Of a stretch of DNA of 64,000 nt, positions 18,371-33,382 are shown piece after piece; the first letter of the stretch is position 1; each line of letters starts with the position of its first letter. The DNA comes from the human T2T-CHM13v2.0 reference genome, Homo sapiens. The translations under genes were made by a program, and so were the position numbers. The notes below the pieces were generated by a model. It saw only the letters and a program-made list of their open reading frames with translations, was not told where the DNA came from and ran no database searches. The stretch is taken from assembly GCA_009914755.4 (NCBI GenBank), contig CP068257.2, forward strand, positions 14,752,001-14,816,000. The letters run 5' to 3'.

Positions 18371-20521
18371 TCTTTCTGAAACTAAAAAATATATTTGATA
18401 AAATATAAAAGTGCCTCTAGAGATTCCCTCAAAAAAAAAAAAGCAGATTTATAGGCTTAGAAAATGGAATGAAGCTGGTAATGTTTAAAAAAAATTATAC
18501 TGAGAATGCAAAATCATTTTTGAAATTCTGGTCAAATTAATAAGATAGATATCTTCCCTCCATTACTTCAATGTACCATATTTTTGTTTGTTTGTTTGCA
18601 TGTATCTGTGTGCCTCTCTGTTTGCTAAATTAAAAAAATTTCTATTTTGACAATTACATGTCATATTATGTTTTATTTTAAATTATTTCCATATGACCTT
18701 TGTGGAGAAGATTTACTTAATCATTTAAGCTTATTTTCTTTATAATAGTTTGAGTTGTTTCATGATCACATTCAACTTAATTTAACTTTATTTGAAATTG
18801 TTTCTCAATGTATTCTGGTTATTCTCATTAAGAAATAGGTGTTCAAAATACCATGTCATTATTAGCATATCTTGCTTAAAGTGAAAGCCATTGTAGCATG
18901 GTTTGCAATTTACTTTGGAGTAACAATGGGGTTTTGTGAAGAAAGATTATGTCTCAGATTTTATTTTAAAATGTTAGAATTTCAAGAGATAAATAGTCTT
19001 CTTGGTCTCAACTAGCATGAGAAGTAGAGGGGAAATATTTTCATAAAAAGTAAAAGAGACTAACAATTGTAGTTTCACGCAACCAATATTATATTAGTTG
19101 TTTTAAGACAATGACATCATGTAGCTGTAGGATGACAAAAAAAATGGCATTTTTCAAATAGCACCTTTCTCCATAATTTGTTTATTATAATTATTTGAAT
19201 ATGTGATAATTACTAATATTGTCATAATAGTCTGCCACATTTACGAAAACACTGGACGTTACCACCTCAGCATTTTAATTGCTCACCACAGTGCCATTTT
19301 CTTTAGGACTGGTTGTTTTGCTTTCAGTTTGCTTCCTAGACTATCATCATGAGATCAAAAGCTGTGTTTTTTATACCACATGACAGCCCGATGCCCCACA
19401 CAGGGTCAGCATTAAACTGAATTTTTGATAGGATCAGGTGAGCCAAAGGATGAATAAATGAGTACTCACGTTCAGGTGGCATCAGGTGGGAATTGTGGCT
19501 AGGTAAAATGGCATCTTGTTACAATGGTAATTTCAGTCACCTATTCCTTACCTCTTCTGGGCAGGCGGATTGATTTGCAATTGGCTTCTTTTCTTCTTTC
19601 TCACTCTACTAATACTAGATGGAAATCTCATTGACTCTTAACAACAAAGCAATTATCTTACCATATTCACAGGTTCTACCCCACCTACTAGGGAAGTAAA
19701 AGTATACAGGTAGTGGAAATCTTGGGGCCATCTTAGAATCCTGCCCACCACAAGCAGCAAAATATTCCTACTCCATTATGTTTCCCATAGCTACCTTGTG
19801 TCTTCCAACTTCGTGTGAGTGGTGTGTTTGTTGCTTTGCTTATGGGCAAAGATGATTTTTTGGGGGAGATATTTGATTAACCTTCTAATTTCTTTTATCT
19901 TTGACACCTTCAGTCTTCCTTCATTTACCTTTATACAGACTTTTTTATAAGGCCACTTTTCTTTTCCTTTTTCCTTTAGGGTCTCTTCCCTTTGCATAGA
20001 TTATTGGAACTCTCCACTTACAAAGACTAGCTTTTATGCTTCCAACTCTTGATATAAAGTTTTTATCTAGCATCAGAACTTGAATGTGAGTTGTCCATGT
20101 GTCAGAACTGTCTTTCAAAATCAAAAGTTTCACATACCATTTTCAATTAACCCAAAGGAAATGCTAGGCACCTATTTATTCCACAATTATTTTTAAAGTC
20201 TGTATGTATTAATTGTGTACATACTATTTTATTATTTACAAAGTGAGTTAAGCACAGTATTCCTGTTCAAAATATGAAAATAAGTATCATGGAAAAGTGG
20301 CAAATGTGTCTTGTGTTCCTTCATTTTTAGCACCTTGTTATTCCTTTTATATAAAACTCTGGTGTACACACAGTTTTTCCTCTTTTCTGGAAAATGTGAA
20401 TAAATTACATTTCCTTTGTACATTCCATGCTGTCTTAGACAAAATCAAACACTTGAGTATAGAAATGAATTGTATTCCAGTAGTAGATAGGACAATTTTT
20501 CACTCCTTTCAACTTAGGCAT

Positions 20522-20900
20522 TGTATTAGTTTTCTACAAATAACAACTATAGACTGAACGACTTAAACAACAGGAATTTATTTTTTCACGATTCTGGAGG
20601 CAAGGAGTACCAGCTCAAGGTATTGGCAGGGTAGGTTTTTCCGAGCCCCATCCTTTGCTTTGCAAATGGATATCTTCTCCCTGTGTCTTCACATGGTCTT
20701 CTCTGTGTTTTTGTGTCCTAACCTCCTCTTCTTATAAGGACACCAGTCACTGGATTCAGGCCCATCCTACTGATCTCCTTTAATTTAATTACCTCTTTAA
20801 AGACACTAACTCCACCTACAGTCGGATTTTGAGGTACTGGGAGTAAGGACTTCAGCATCTGAATTTGGGGGGAGACAATTCAGCCTGTAACAGTCATGAT
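20522..20900 (-). mobile_element. MLT1-like MaLR LTR (ancient ERVL-MaLR solo LTR)
   Basis: The + strand starts ttgtattagttttctacaaataacaactatagactgaacgacttaaacaacaggaatttatttt. This is the reverse complement of the MLT1-type 3' end (...GGTATTTTGTTATGGCAGCCC.AGCAAACTAATACA). It contains ...cttataaggacaccagtcactggattcaggcccatcc...ctttaaagacactaactccacctacagtc...gaatttggggggagacaattcagcc. Subfamily assignment is uncertain. Confidence 0.55.
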
Positions 20901-22579
20901 ATGAATTAACTGCTATTGTGCATGAGATGTCTAATGAAAAGACAGAAAAGAAGTGTAAAGAAGTGATTACTGAGATCAACAAATGTTGCTATAGGACTGC
21001 CAGTCTATAGCTACTGCAGATATATATATATATATACATAAAACAATGTGATAGTGGGTGATTTGTAGATGGTAATAGACCATTCAGAGAAACAAGCTGA
21101 ATATTTTCTTACATTGGAAAAAAAGGGGGACACAAAAGAAATGATTTCCCAGCATTTTATTAGATTCCATAAGAATTCTGAGCATCAAACTATACACTGC
21201 TATATATGAAGCCAGATCCAATGGGAATCTTTTGATTTTACATATCGATCACTTTCAAAATAAGGATACTAGCCTTATTTGCTGTGCAATATTATCATGA
21301 CATATATTTTTAATTTATTGGGTCTTTCAGTTTTTGTGCATCTATAAAGCCTAATAGTTCAGCCTCTCTGTAGGCATCTTTGCTACTTCCTATCTGAGGA
21401 AATAATGTTTTATTATAAAATTACAATTTTTTGTAATTTAGATCTCTAGTTTCTAAGATAAGAAAACAGATCTATCATTTGGGGCAAGAATAGAAACAAA
21501 ATAAACTCTCCTCTTAAAGCAAGGGAAACAACTTTCTGAAAAAAAAAATTGAAGACACACCTTTCATGTATTTTAGGAACATTTCACTTTTGCTCATCTT
21601 CTGACTGCATTGTGAACCATCATAGCTAGATCAAAATTAGTTATGTTAATAAACAAAAACAAAAATTCTGTCTATTTGCCTTACATTAAGAGATATCCTT
21701 TTGCCTGATGCAACAACAGAAACTAAAATCTCTAACGAAAAACATGCTGGCTTCTCTCACCATCGTTGTCCAATAGGAAGGAATTTGGTCAGGAGTAAAA
21801 ATAACTCAGTTATGATCCATGTTATTACACTCCTCTGAGCTTCTTTCTCTCTTCCACATGTTGAATGACTTACTGGTTTATTTTTGCCACATACATAATG
21901 TTTGGCTCCTATCTCATGTGCAATCAATCTTAATTATTGGATCTCTTTCCCCCCTACAATCAGATCATTTTGATTATTACTTTAATTGTACATTCCCTAA
22001 CTAACTTCTCTCTAGTTTGTTTTTAACTTCAGGCTACCTGTGGGCATAACGTTGTACAATTCAGAATGTGAATTTTACACTTAGCCTAATAACTAAATAA
22101 GCTTAGAAATTTAGGTACGGTAAATTAGGTCACTTGGTACCTTTTCGTACAAGGAAAGCAAACTTCTTGTGTGCCTAGGTGTTGCTTTTGGAGAAACTTT
22201 CCTGAGCATTGAGGAGTCAGTGCTAACTCCTGCAAGCATGTGAGTCTCTCCGACTCTGTGATGCCAACTTACCATCTTGCTGTAGTCGAAGAGCTTTAGG
22301 TTGGAGTGAATGGGTACCATCTTTGTTCTTAGAGGTGGACTCTAAGGACCTTGTTTTTGTAGGAACACACAAGGGCTATTTTAGTGTTAATTTGAACACA
22401 TCAGAAGAGTTTACATCAGAATTTCAAAGAAACGTAGGAATCCTTGTTACCTTTAAATCTCAAATTTTCTCCATGATATAAAATATCAGTCTTCTTTTAA
22501 AAGATCAGAAATTACCCCAATGACCAGATCCAAATGCTGAACAACAAACAGTCCAGATTTACCATGAGGAATAGGGTTA

Positions 22580-22800
22580 ATATTTGCTCCCCAATGACAA
22601 ATCCCAACCCGGAACAGATTTCAGCCAGGCAGCTAGCAAAGCTCGCGGGTGAACTGCACAGGCCATGGTGGGTGCAGAGCTCAGAGCCGGAAAGCAAACA
22701 GCTGCTGTAGCCTGATTTGAGTTAAAATAGTGTGAGTGTTTAGTCTGGCGCACGGCTTCAGGGGAGATTGGCAGCTGGGTCAAACAAAGTCCTTCCATTG
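22580..22800. promoter_or_regulatory. Candidate GC/CpG-enriched regulatory islandlet with a CCAAT box, inside a repeat-poor block; function unknown
   Basis: Local GC content is clearly above the surrounding ~35%. Seven or more CpGs are retained (cccggaac, gctcgcggg, agccggaa, ggcgcacggc). The motif tccattggct gives a CCAAT/ATTGG site at ~22790. On the minus strand there is a Kozak-like caccATGGcc. The call is a hypothesis only. Confidence 0.25.
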
Positions 22801-25800
22801 GCTCCCTTCCCAGGCAGCTTCTGCTAGTGTTTAGGTACTAGTGCAGTGTAGAACCCTTTTCTCAGGCAAAACCTAACATCTGACCGCACCCTTTTTGCTA
22901 TTAAAAAAAAAAAAAAGCTTCTATTTTTTTCCTCCTGTCGTTAAGATAAATTCTCCAGTAGACAACCTCTCCCACTAATTGTGTATTAGCAACGTATTTT
23001 ATCTTGAGAGCTTGTACACTGGGCTCTCAACGTGGTGTGGAAGGTAGCCTGTTACAGTGCTGGATTCATAAAAGGGCCTTTATGGTTTGTGAAAGAATAT
23101 CTGTGTGCTTAGGGAGGAAACTTTTTGATCTGCAGAAAAGCCAGAAGACATCTAGGTAAGGCTACGATATCAAATCTACTTTTTTGGGGGAAAGTTGGGC
23201 AGTGAGACTGCTTAATCGCAACCAATGTGAGTTTAGAGGGTGCATGTTCACTTTTGTAGAAGTTCAAAATGTACTGACGATTGTTTGCTTATTTTTTGTT
23301 TGTTTGTTTAAATCTTAAAGGAATACTGTCGTCTGCGTTTTTACGATTTTGTTTTCTTCTATTGAACCCATTACAGTGGATATAGAGTTTTATTATATAG
23401 CGAAATCTTTGTAAACTGCCACAGAAAGAAAGTGTTATTTAGAAGGGAAATTGACAAGTTTTAAAGAGTAATTGTACAATCATTTGAGGACAGAGGAACA
23501 CTGCATTATACTAATAAGGGTTTAATTACCAAAAAAAGTTTAATGTTGCTTTGGAAGGAATATTAAGTAAGTTGTCTTTGTCTCTTACTTTTTAATTTTA
23601 GTCGCTGATTTAGCCTGTTGGGTCACATTTTTTGTTAGTGCTGAAGGCTGCCATGAATCCGTAATGAGGCCCCTTTGCACATGATTTTGGCACTTGGCCA
23701 AAATCAACTTCCCAGCGGCAAGCTTTCTCTAAAGAACCTGGAGCAATTTCTTTCTTTTTTTTTTTTTTTTAAATCAGGAATCATGTCTGAAAGCTGCCAC
23801 AACCAGTTGTATAGGCATGTCAAAATGACTTTATACAGTCAATATGAAACAAGCATTAAATATTTTTTCTCATGTTGTTGCTTTTATCATTATGAATTCC
23901 TTGCTTGTTGCCACCTAAGATACGATGGAGCAAGCACAGTCTTAAAGAAGATTTGCTGATTTTTTGTTTTTCTCAGCAGACCAGAGTAGGTATGATCATC
24001 TTATTGAGAAGTATACAGTGCAAAAAAGGTTTTTCAAAACACTACAGGATAAATAACAAATGAATTCTTAAAACTGTTAATCTCTGTAAGTAATACTCAG
24101 TGAACAGTAAGTAATGGAGTTTTCTAGAAGTTTCATCGTGCGCGCAATTAAGCTTAACATTTTTATAGTGTTTTTGTCTATGTTAAAAGGTAGCATTTGG
24201 GATTTTTAAAAATGTCAGCATTTGCTATATAATTTTAAAAACGTATTAACACCTTGATATTATTTCTAACAAATGTTTTAATAGAAATGCTTGGTATATA
24301 AACATGGCTGAATAACTTTTAAGTAATTGTGTTTAATTGCTGTTTTGCAATAAAAGGATAATTTTTCATGAAATAAATTTTGAAGCTCAAAGGTACTTAA
24401 CATCCAATTTCTGGAACTGTTATTAATTTTGATATTACTATAACTGAATTTTGTTCTGTAAGCCAATTTTATACTCTAGTGTTTTAAGAGTTAAATTCAC
24501 GAGTGGCAATGAAATACTATAGCAATCAAATATTAACACCTCAAATTTTCTATAGCCATTTTCAATAATATCTTTAGACATTAAACATAGGTACTCTACA
24601 GAATAATTAGAAGTAGAAAAGTGTAATATCAGTTGCTCTATTTTGTTTTTTTAAAAGAAATTTTATTATCACTATCGTAAATACTATTATGCCTTGTGTG
24701 TTAATCTGTAGTAATCCAGAGTGCAACTTTATTTTACTAGAAACAGTCATATTTCTCTTTAAAATATTGATGAGAATCAGATACATTATTTTTTAAGAGT
24801 GACCTAATTAAGAGATTTCTTAATAGGCATGTTTATTCTGTATTTGTCTTCCCTTTACAGTATAGAATATTGCAAATTTTGGTGATAGAAAAAATCATAT
24901 TAATTTTAGGTAAATTTTAGGATTAGAAATTGCCTCCTGATTTCCTTCAGGTCATTTTTTGTAAATATACAATTTATATTTGTTTTGCTGTGGACCAAAT
25001 TATGATACTGTAAAAACCTTGCTATTAGTTTAACCGAGGAATGGAGTGTTTGGAATTTTCATACTAGTCAACATTAAAAGCCATAGAAGTTATAAATTGT
25101 TATTAATAGAAATTTACCTAGATAAGGTCTCTTTGTATGTGAGTTTACAGCTGAATTCTTATTTAATGTAATCTTTGTAATTTATATAAAAGCAGTTAAT
25201 AAAGGTAAATATTTCAAAACTTGGATTAAAAACCAAACATTTTCACATTTATTATCATGAAACAGGTGCAGGAAAAATAAGATAGCTTCTCTTGTTGAGC
25301 ATGATTCTCACTTAAAAATTAATTTTGAATTCAATTTTAATTTTAATTTTAGCTCTTACACACATCTTCTGTTTTTATTTTTTGATTATTTTGAATCAGT
25401 TGTTGTACTTAGCATTTGAAATTGATAGATTATTTTTCTAATATTTACTAAGAAATGTTTTAACTGAAAATTATAGGGTATTCTTTGTTAATCAGAGCCC
25501 ATAGCAAAGTAAATGCCATCAAATATAGAACTTTTGGAGTACACAGAAGTGTTAGTTTGCGAGTTCAGAAGAAACTTACTTGTACACGATTACTGACAAA
25601 TGTTTTTTAGTTGAGGTAGAAACAAGTAAGTATTAAGGACAATTTAAATTATCTTCCTTACTGAAATAGCTAAAAAAATTGCTTTCTTTTGCTATGGCAA
25701 TGCGTTGTAATTATTTCCATAATCTAGGCTTTTTAGCAGAATTATTAGCTAGTTTTCCTTAGGACCAAAAATGCAAAACACTGATTACATTTCCTTCATT

Positions 25801-28689
25801 GAGTTAACATTTTAAAAATACTATATGGAAATGTAATTACTTTTAAAAAGAAAAATATTTTAATATTTTTGTTGAATTTCTTCAATTTATAAAGAATAGC
25901 TCGAACAAGTTTTTCGTTCATCTTTTCCCCCATACTTATATTGGAAATATTAAAATCTATGAAATTTTACAATGTGGAATCTCTTTTACTCTTCAGAAAA
26001 AGTTAAATTCATTTATAGTTGTCAATTCAAATTATGGACTTTTACCATTTTAAATGTGACAGGGTTTTTTGTTTGTTTATTTTAATTATGCAACAGGCAC
26101 TTAAAATACTTTCTTTCCCTCCAATTAAAAGAGACATTAAATAATTAAACATCAACTTTTATTCTGTATTGAAAAGAAAGCTTTACCATTGCAGTATTTT
26201 ATCCACAATTGTTTAAATGTGAGAAATGTTTACAACAGGGTATTTTAGGTGAGCATTTATCATTTAAATGAAGTGCTTTGTTCTGAGGAGTCTAAAATTC
26301 AGCAATAAGATAAATGCATTGCTACATTAGATTGAACATCATTGTTGAATTTTTGGCACAACTTCAGTGACCTCGGCCATAAAAACTAGTATAGTCAGGA
26401 TGATTTGGAATTTGCAGTAACAAAACTAGATATAGAAGCACGTGAAGACACCAACCTTTGTTGTTTTGGAGAAAGTATGCACTAAAATAAAAGATGATAC
26501 CTTTCATATAAACTGCTAATAATAATACTTTGTTATTTCATTAATACAATAAAAGTGAAATATTAAAACAGTAATTATAATCTGTAATGCATTTGTAAGG
26601 CTTTTCTCATAAAATTAACTGCCATATTTTACTCTTTTATTAGATGAACAAATGTCATATTTCCAAGCAGCCAACATAGAACTATAGCTTATATAACCAA
26701 ATAATTTTTTAATGTTACTTTGATTTATATACAATTGATATTGTATAGAAAGAATCACGTTAGCTGATTTTAAGTCTTGTTCAAATAAAAGAAGCATTGA
26801 TTTGCACTTGTTGCAATTTTTTTACTTTATATTGGTTTAATTTTAAAATTATCACAAAGTAAATATTACTGTTTGATATCATTCTTAAACATTCATTTTA
26901 CAAGCCACCTGACCTATTAGCTGTTTAAACAATGATGATTTATATCTTGCTATAAATTCTTCTCTCAAAGTCAAGACAAATAGATCAGTAAAAGAACCTC
27001 TTTTTTAATGCTCAAAATTTTTTCTTAAAAAACAAAGAATTTTTTTAGTTTTCTTTTGTTTATGTGTTCATGTGTATTTGCCAACCTGTGTTTTTGCCTA
27101 CATCCTGAAATATATGTCTTTTGAACTCGAGGTTGGAAAGTCTGATAGCAGGCTCTTAAGTTTATTCTTATTCCATATTATTTTTTATAAACAAATTTAT
27201 TGAGTTTCTTACTGAGAGTAAGTCGATATATGAATCAATATTAATGATCACATCAAATCTGAGGATTTGCTTCCTTTAAAGCGCTGAATATTCAGCATAA
27301 ATTTGTGCTAATTTACGTGTTTATAGAGTGATTCTAAATATTTGATTAGTATTCGTTTTAAAGATTTACTAATTCTTTGAAAATCTGGAGAACTATCGTT
27401 TGCTTAAAAAACTAATATCTACTAAAGTTGTAATTGTCTCTGCTTTGCTATTATTGAAATATTACATAATCTCTTGTTTAAAAATATCATGAGACTAAGC
27501 TATCGTGCCTTTCTTTCCATTTCTCCCACTAACATCTGAGGTCAACGTCTGTAAGAGGAAATATCTGAAAATATTTCAAAAACATTTTCTTTCCTGTGAT
27601 AATCAACTGCTTTATCATTTGCAGAGATTTTGAAAGGAGTAACTGTTTTATTTGAATGCTTAGATAAATGTGAGGAATATATGGGCTTTCTGTGGACTTC
27701 AGTTTTAAAACTAAAATAGAAAGTAAGATGGAGAGTAATAAAATGATATATTTTATAGCAACTAATTACAACTTGCTGTTCATACATAAACAACACGCTG
27801 GAAAGGTAGACAGTGGGCTTTGAGAGCAGCTTTCATTTACTCAGTCTGTAAGAACTCGTGAAAATGGTGTCAAAGGGATGGTGGTGATCCATTCTGTATG
27901 GTCCATGGTGCTTTAAGCTTATACAGTCATTTACCATATTTAAATCCCCGAGTCTTGCCTCAGAGCCCCAATCACCAATCTCAGATATTTTTACAAGGAG
28001 AGAGGAGTTACACACTCATTCTTGTTCACTGGAGGATCTGTGATAGCGTTTCCTTGGCAGAAGCAGGGTTCTTCTCTGTATAGTGATTTTTTTTAAATCC
28101 CTGTTTAGGTAGTTCAGCTCGTTCAGTTGGACAAATCAGCATTATAACCAAGCTGACTCAGCCTTAGCAAGGATCACTAGTTTTTCATTTTGCCCTAAAC
28201 CTGGGCATTTTCCTGAAGAATATGGACAGTTGTGCATGAAAGGTCAAGTTGCTAAAAATTATAGAACATGCATGTTCTACTTATGAGTTACTAAGTTGTG
28301 TTTTGTGTTCAAAATAGTATATATAAATACATGTTTTGTGTACAGAATATTTAAACAGTGATAGAAACAGTTGTTCTGAAATTTAAGTTATGGGATTGGC
28401 TTTATTCCAATTCTACTTGAGATGTCATCCAAAATTACTTTTCGAAAGCACTGCTTTGAAAATTTCCTGTTACAGTCTTCATGAAGTATAGTGATCTGGA
28501 TATGAATTTTCTGCTAGTACAGGAGTTTGGGAAAAATACAAGTATATGACTATTGCATGTTCTGTGGGATTCTAATCTGATCACATGCTCTTTCCTCTCC
28601 ATTCCTTGGGCCCATTCATAAATATTCTATGGAGAGTTATTTTTTTTTTCCTGTCAACAGCCAATTTTAGTCTTTATTTTAATTTATTT

Positions 28690-28812
28690 CTTTTTAGAGA
28701 TAGGATCCTACTATGCTGCCAGGCCTGGAGTGTAGTGGCTCTTCACAGGTGTGATCATGGCCCACTATAGTCTTGAAGTCCTGGGCTCAAGAGATTCTCC
28801 CACCTCAACCAC
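28690..28812 (-). mobile_element. Old Alu-monomer-like fragment (free right-arm/FRAM-like)
   Basis: agagataggatcctactatgctgccaggcctggagtgtagtggctcttcacaggtgtgatcatggcccactatagtcttgaagtcctgggctcaagagattctcccacctcaacc resembles the reverse complement of an Alu right arm. Confidence 0.5.
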
Positions 28813-31800
28813 CAATTGTAGATGTATTCAGATAGCATGACATTTGAAAAAGTTGATGGAGAGAAAATTCCTACTGAAGTGTGTTATAGATATCTCTAAA
28901 ACATCTTTGGTTGTCAGGAAATGAATCAATGATATAGAAACAAACAATGATTTGTAATCTTGGCAGATAAACAGAGAAATAATCAGTTCAGAATATTTAT
29001 GGAATGATAACATTTTCCTGTTGATATATTTTTGTGCCAACAAATTTAATTTGGAAACTGGTATTTGTTACTAGAAGGCAGTAATCAATTTTGGTAATCA
29101 GTAGTTTTAAATGCTTTATTCAAGACCAAGGGCTGATTTATTGAATGAATAGGTCTTAGATAAAATGTAAGCTATTGGGCCAACCCATATCTGGAATTTG
29201 TTTTTATTTTCAATACCCAAGTCATTAAGTGTAAATGTAATAGTATTTGCATATTTTCAACTTTCAGATTAGTCATGTCTACCTTTGAAATTTGTTTTCT
29301 CCTTAGATAAGTAACTTATGAGTAATCAAATATCTTGCAATTTCCATTTTCCATCTTAAAGCCCGTGCAAGATCAAATTTGCAGTTGCTAAATCACATAA
29401 AAGTCTGGATTAATAGCAAAATGAGATTATGTAGCCCAAAATGAAATTATAAATAAAGTGCAGGTGTTTGCTAGGATTTGTGTGGTCAGATATACAAATA
29501 GAATCACAGGTAGAGTTTCTCATTTCTCACTTGAGAAAAGTGCAATTAAAAGTAATTTCCAGATGTTCAAATGCACAGCTGCTTTCTCCTAAACTAAATT
29601 TTGCAGAAATGAGCTAAATTATAATGGGTTTAAAAGTCACTACGTTTTAATGGTTTTTAAATTGAATTTGAAACATCATTACTAGGTTTACCAGATGAAG
29701 AGAGTTAATGCTTATGAGTACCTGGTACAATTTTCATTTAGGTGGCAGCAGAGCCATTAACGTATTGGAAATTATAATAAGACCAAAACTTACATTGGGT
29801 TTGAAAAAATTGATTAGTATGTGTGTTGATACACTCCATGCCTTTATGAGATTTATATTATATACTCTATGACACTATGAAAGTTATTCAGCTATAGGTG
29901 AAAGAAACGTGTGTATATGTTCATAAAATGGTATGTGTGGGGGGGAGGTGTGGGTGTGTATGTGTGAAAGAGATTTTTACATTTTCTTTGCCTAATGAAA
30001 AGGAAAATAGCAAGAATAAGATGCAAGTACACTGTTTGAAATATGCAAGTCTATTAAATTGTTTTTACATATCAAATTATAAGCAATGACTATGAACCTA
30101 CATATCTGTAATATCAACTTAAAAAAATCCATCTATTTTACTCAGAGTTACTTACATGCCCAATAGCAATAAGCTACTGTCATAAATATTATCCCATTAA
30201 GTAAAGTCCTGTTCTTGACTAAGTTTTCTTGGGCTTGAAATAGGCTTTTCTTTGCAGCCAGGAATAGCCAAGTTTTTTCTAAAACTCTTACGGGAAGGCG
30301 TGTGGATGGTTAAACGAGGAATGGGAGGTAAAAAGTGGGGGCATTGCATTGGAATAGAGAATTAAAGAGCTTTTACCCTACGTAAGCTCAGAAATTTATC
30401 ATTAAACAATCCATTAGTATTTCCACAACAGTTTTCAAAGCGCACTGCTGAAAGAATTTCAAAAATTTGACCTTGGAAGTGATTAGAAAACTGACGCATT
30501 AGTTTTGAGTATGATGGTAGAACACTTTATCCTATGTACGACGTTCTTTCAAGTGATTGACTCGTGCCCTTGAAAGCATTATCCATGGCCAGTGATTGAT
30601 GGACTTGTTCAGGTCCTATGCAGAGTGCTTCATATATCTCATCTCAATCCTCTAAATAACCATGAAAGTTGATGATTATCTCATGGTACAGATGGGAGGC
30701 TAAGAGTGTTTAATTTTCCCCAAGTTCCAGTGCTAGTAAGTGTTGATGTCTGGATCTGAACCTGTGTTAATGGTGTTTCTAGTCGATGCTGTTATCTGTT
30801 GCACCACATTTTGAATAATCTTGGACTTTCAGAGTATGAAGGACGATTAAATATAACCCTTTGGTATAAATGTTCTCTCTCTCACTCCTCTGTAACAATT
30901 GGAGAAACAGAGTTCTAACAATATTAAAATCAGCCATAGACAGAGAGTAGTGAGAAATATACTTTTTTTAATACAGAAGGTTCCCTGAAGTACTTTTAGT
31001 ATTATTCTAAATTAAGCAATAACCAATGAACAATTTTGGTCATAAGCAGTTTCTCTCCAGAAAAAAAAAAAAAAAAAAACAGATAATATCCATGAACAAA
31101 GGTTCTATAATGTGAGTCTCTTTTGCACATCAGTGGCTTAAAATAATGAGTAGTGGAATAGCATAATAGGGGGAAATACCTCTCAGACAGGAAATTGCAC
31201 TAGCTTGTTTTGTCAACATATACATTACTATACCCAGAGACATACAAGAGTTAGAGACTCACGGTGAGTTTTCACTGTGGCCATCTGTGCCATCCCGTGC
31301 AGGACTCTACTGTGGCATTCCACAAAAGCAAATCCTCAGAAGCCTTCTCAAAGTGCTTAACTGCCTTGAAACAGGTGTTTCTCACTAGACAACAATGTCC
31401 GTTTACTTTAAAATTCAGAATTTCCCCATATCACATGCTTGTGAAGAAAGAAATTTGAACTCTATTATAGTCTAGTTGTTGGCAATTGTTATAAAAATTA
31501 GATTTCTAACCTCTATTGATAGCACTATACTTGAAATGAGAATGTGGGCATAAAATACTTCTTATAAACTTGTTTTTAAGTTTTATGTAATGTTGGCTGT
31601 TACAGGTCAAGATATGAACACTGAAAATTTTGGGCCAAAGTCACTTTTTCAACACTGGCCCATTTGAGTTGTTGATTTTAGAGCTGGGATCATTGAATGT
31701 TATTTTTTCATACCTTTATTTTATGCAACAGAAAATGAAGGCTTAAAGAGGGAAAAATGGCCTTTCTGCTCATGGTCATAATACTAGCGCCTGGAGAGTT

Positions 31801-33045
31801 GGCTTTGATCACAGATTTTCCTTCCAGTTTTCTATTCCTTCATTTATATAAGGCCATTTACCCTCTAAATCATTTACATCTAGTTATAAAATATCTTTTT
31901 CTTTTCCTAAAACTTTAGTAGTACAGAAATACAATTGAAGGAGATTTGGCTTCGTTGGTAAATGTAGAAATAACTAATAAGAGGTATTGAATATAAACTT
32001 ACCCATAAGTTATTGTTTCTGTAAATGCACACGATTAAAATGTCTAGTTTGTAATTTCATTCTTGATGTATATTCTAGGGCACGCTGACATTTTAAAGAA
32101 TTTTGTTGAAACGCCCACTGAGCGTGCTTTCTGAAAAATGAAGATTATCTTTTGTTTTTTTTCTTTTTTATGAGCTTTAAAAAGTTTTAAATAAAAGTTT
32201 CTAAGATGCATGATTCTTAAGCATACATCTGGATGAATGTCTTACATATGCATCCATATGTAGTTATAAACATTCGTACATCTTCTCCCAGATACCAGAA
32301 TATAAAAATTTCAGCACTCCTTAGGACTCTCTCATCCCCCTCTGACACCTGTCACCATATATATTAGGTTTACCAGTCTTTGATTTCATATAAATAGAAT
32401 TGCACAGTATGTATATATTTTTGTCTGGCTTACGTTACTCAATATTTTGTCCATGTGATTTTCCCATCTTGCATATATTGGTTGGTTGTTCTTTTTTGCT
32501 TTGCAGTATTTATTTGTGTGATTATGGCACAATTTTAATCTATTGTGCTGTGTTAGTACACTCGTTGGGTGTTTTCAGATGTCTGTTTACATAATTTTTT
32601 AAATGCAGAACTGGTACCAAAAATATAGTAGTCAGTTGTTTTCTTTAATAGATGAAATATAAAACTAGAATCACTTTAATTAAAGTACTACAGGCAGTTA
32701 TTGCTTTACATGGTCCCATGCTAACTGAAATTCATTTATATTTGAACTCTGAAAAGTGATAACTCAGTATTTCTGAGTTATCTATGAAAAAAAATCCTGG
32801 AAAAAAGAATTAGTATGTGTTATCCTAAGTAGATGCTGAAGAACCAGTCCTGCAATATTTAAACTTTATCATCACCCATTTGCTCCTGTTATTTATTACA
32901 TATATACAACTGTAATTATAGTTTGGACCAAATATCCATGTAGTTAAACTCAGTTGTCACTTTATTTTCTAAAACTCCTTCTGGATGGCAAAAATTTTCT
33001 GGTTTAAAGCAAAATAATTAAGCCATTGCGTTTTACATAGGATAG

Positions 33046-33382
<337 letters not shown>

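Noticed and set aside
22577-22798. 73-codon minus-strand ORF with strong Kozak ATG (caccATGGcc) near the CCAAT box
   Set aside because: It has no recognisable domain, is short, has low-complexity flanks, and is compatible with chance in GC-richer sequence. I retained the region only as a candidate regulatory element, not as a CDS.
23140-23990. Splice-site-like motifs (ctaggtaagg donor at ~23150; ttttctcag|cagaccagag acceptor-like at ~23965) suggesting exons
   Set aside because: Isolated consensus-like splice motifs occur frequently by chance in AT-rich DNA. There is no ORF continuity or codon-usage signal to support an exon. This needs transcript evidence.
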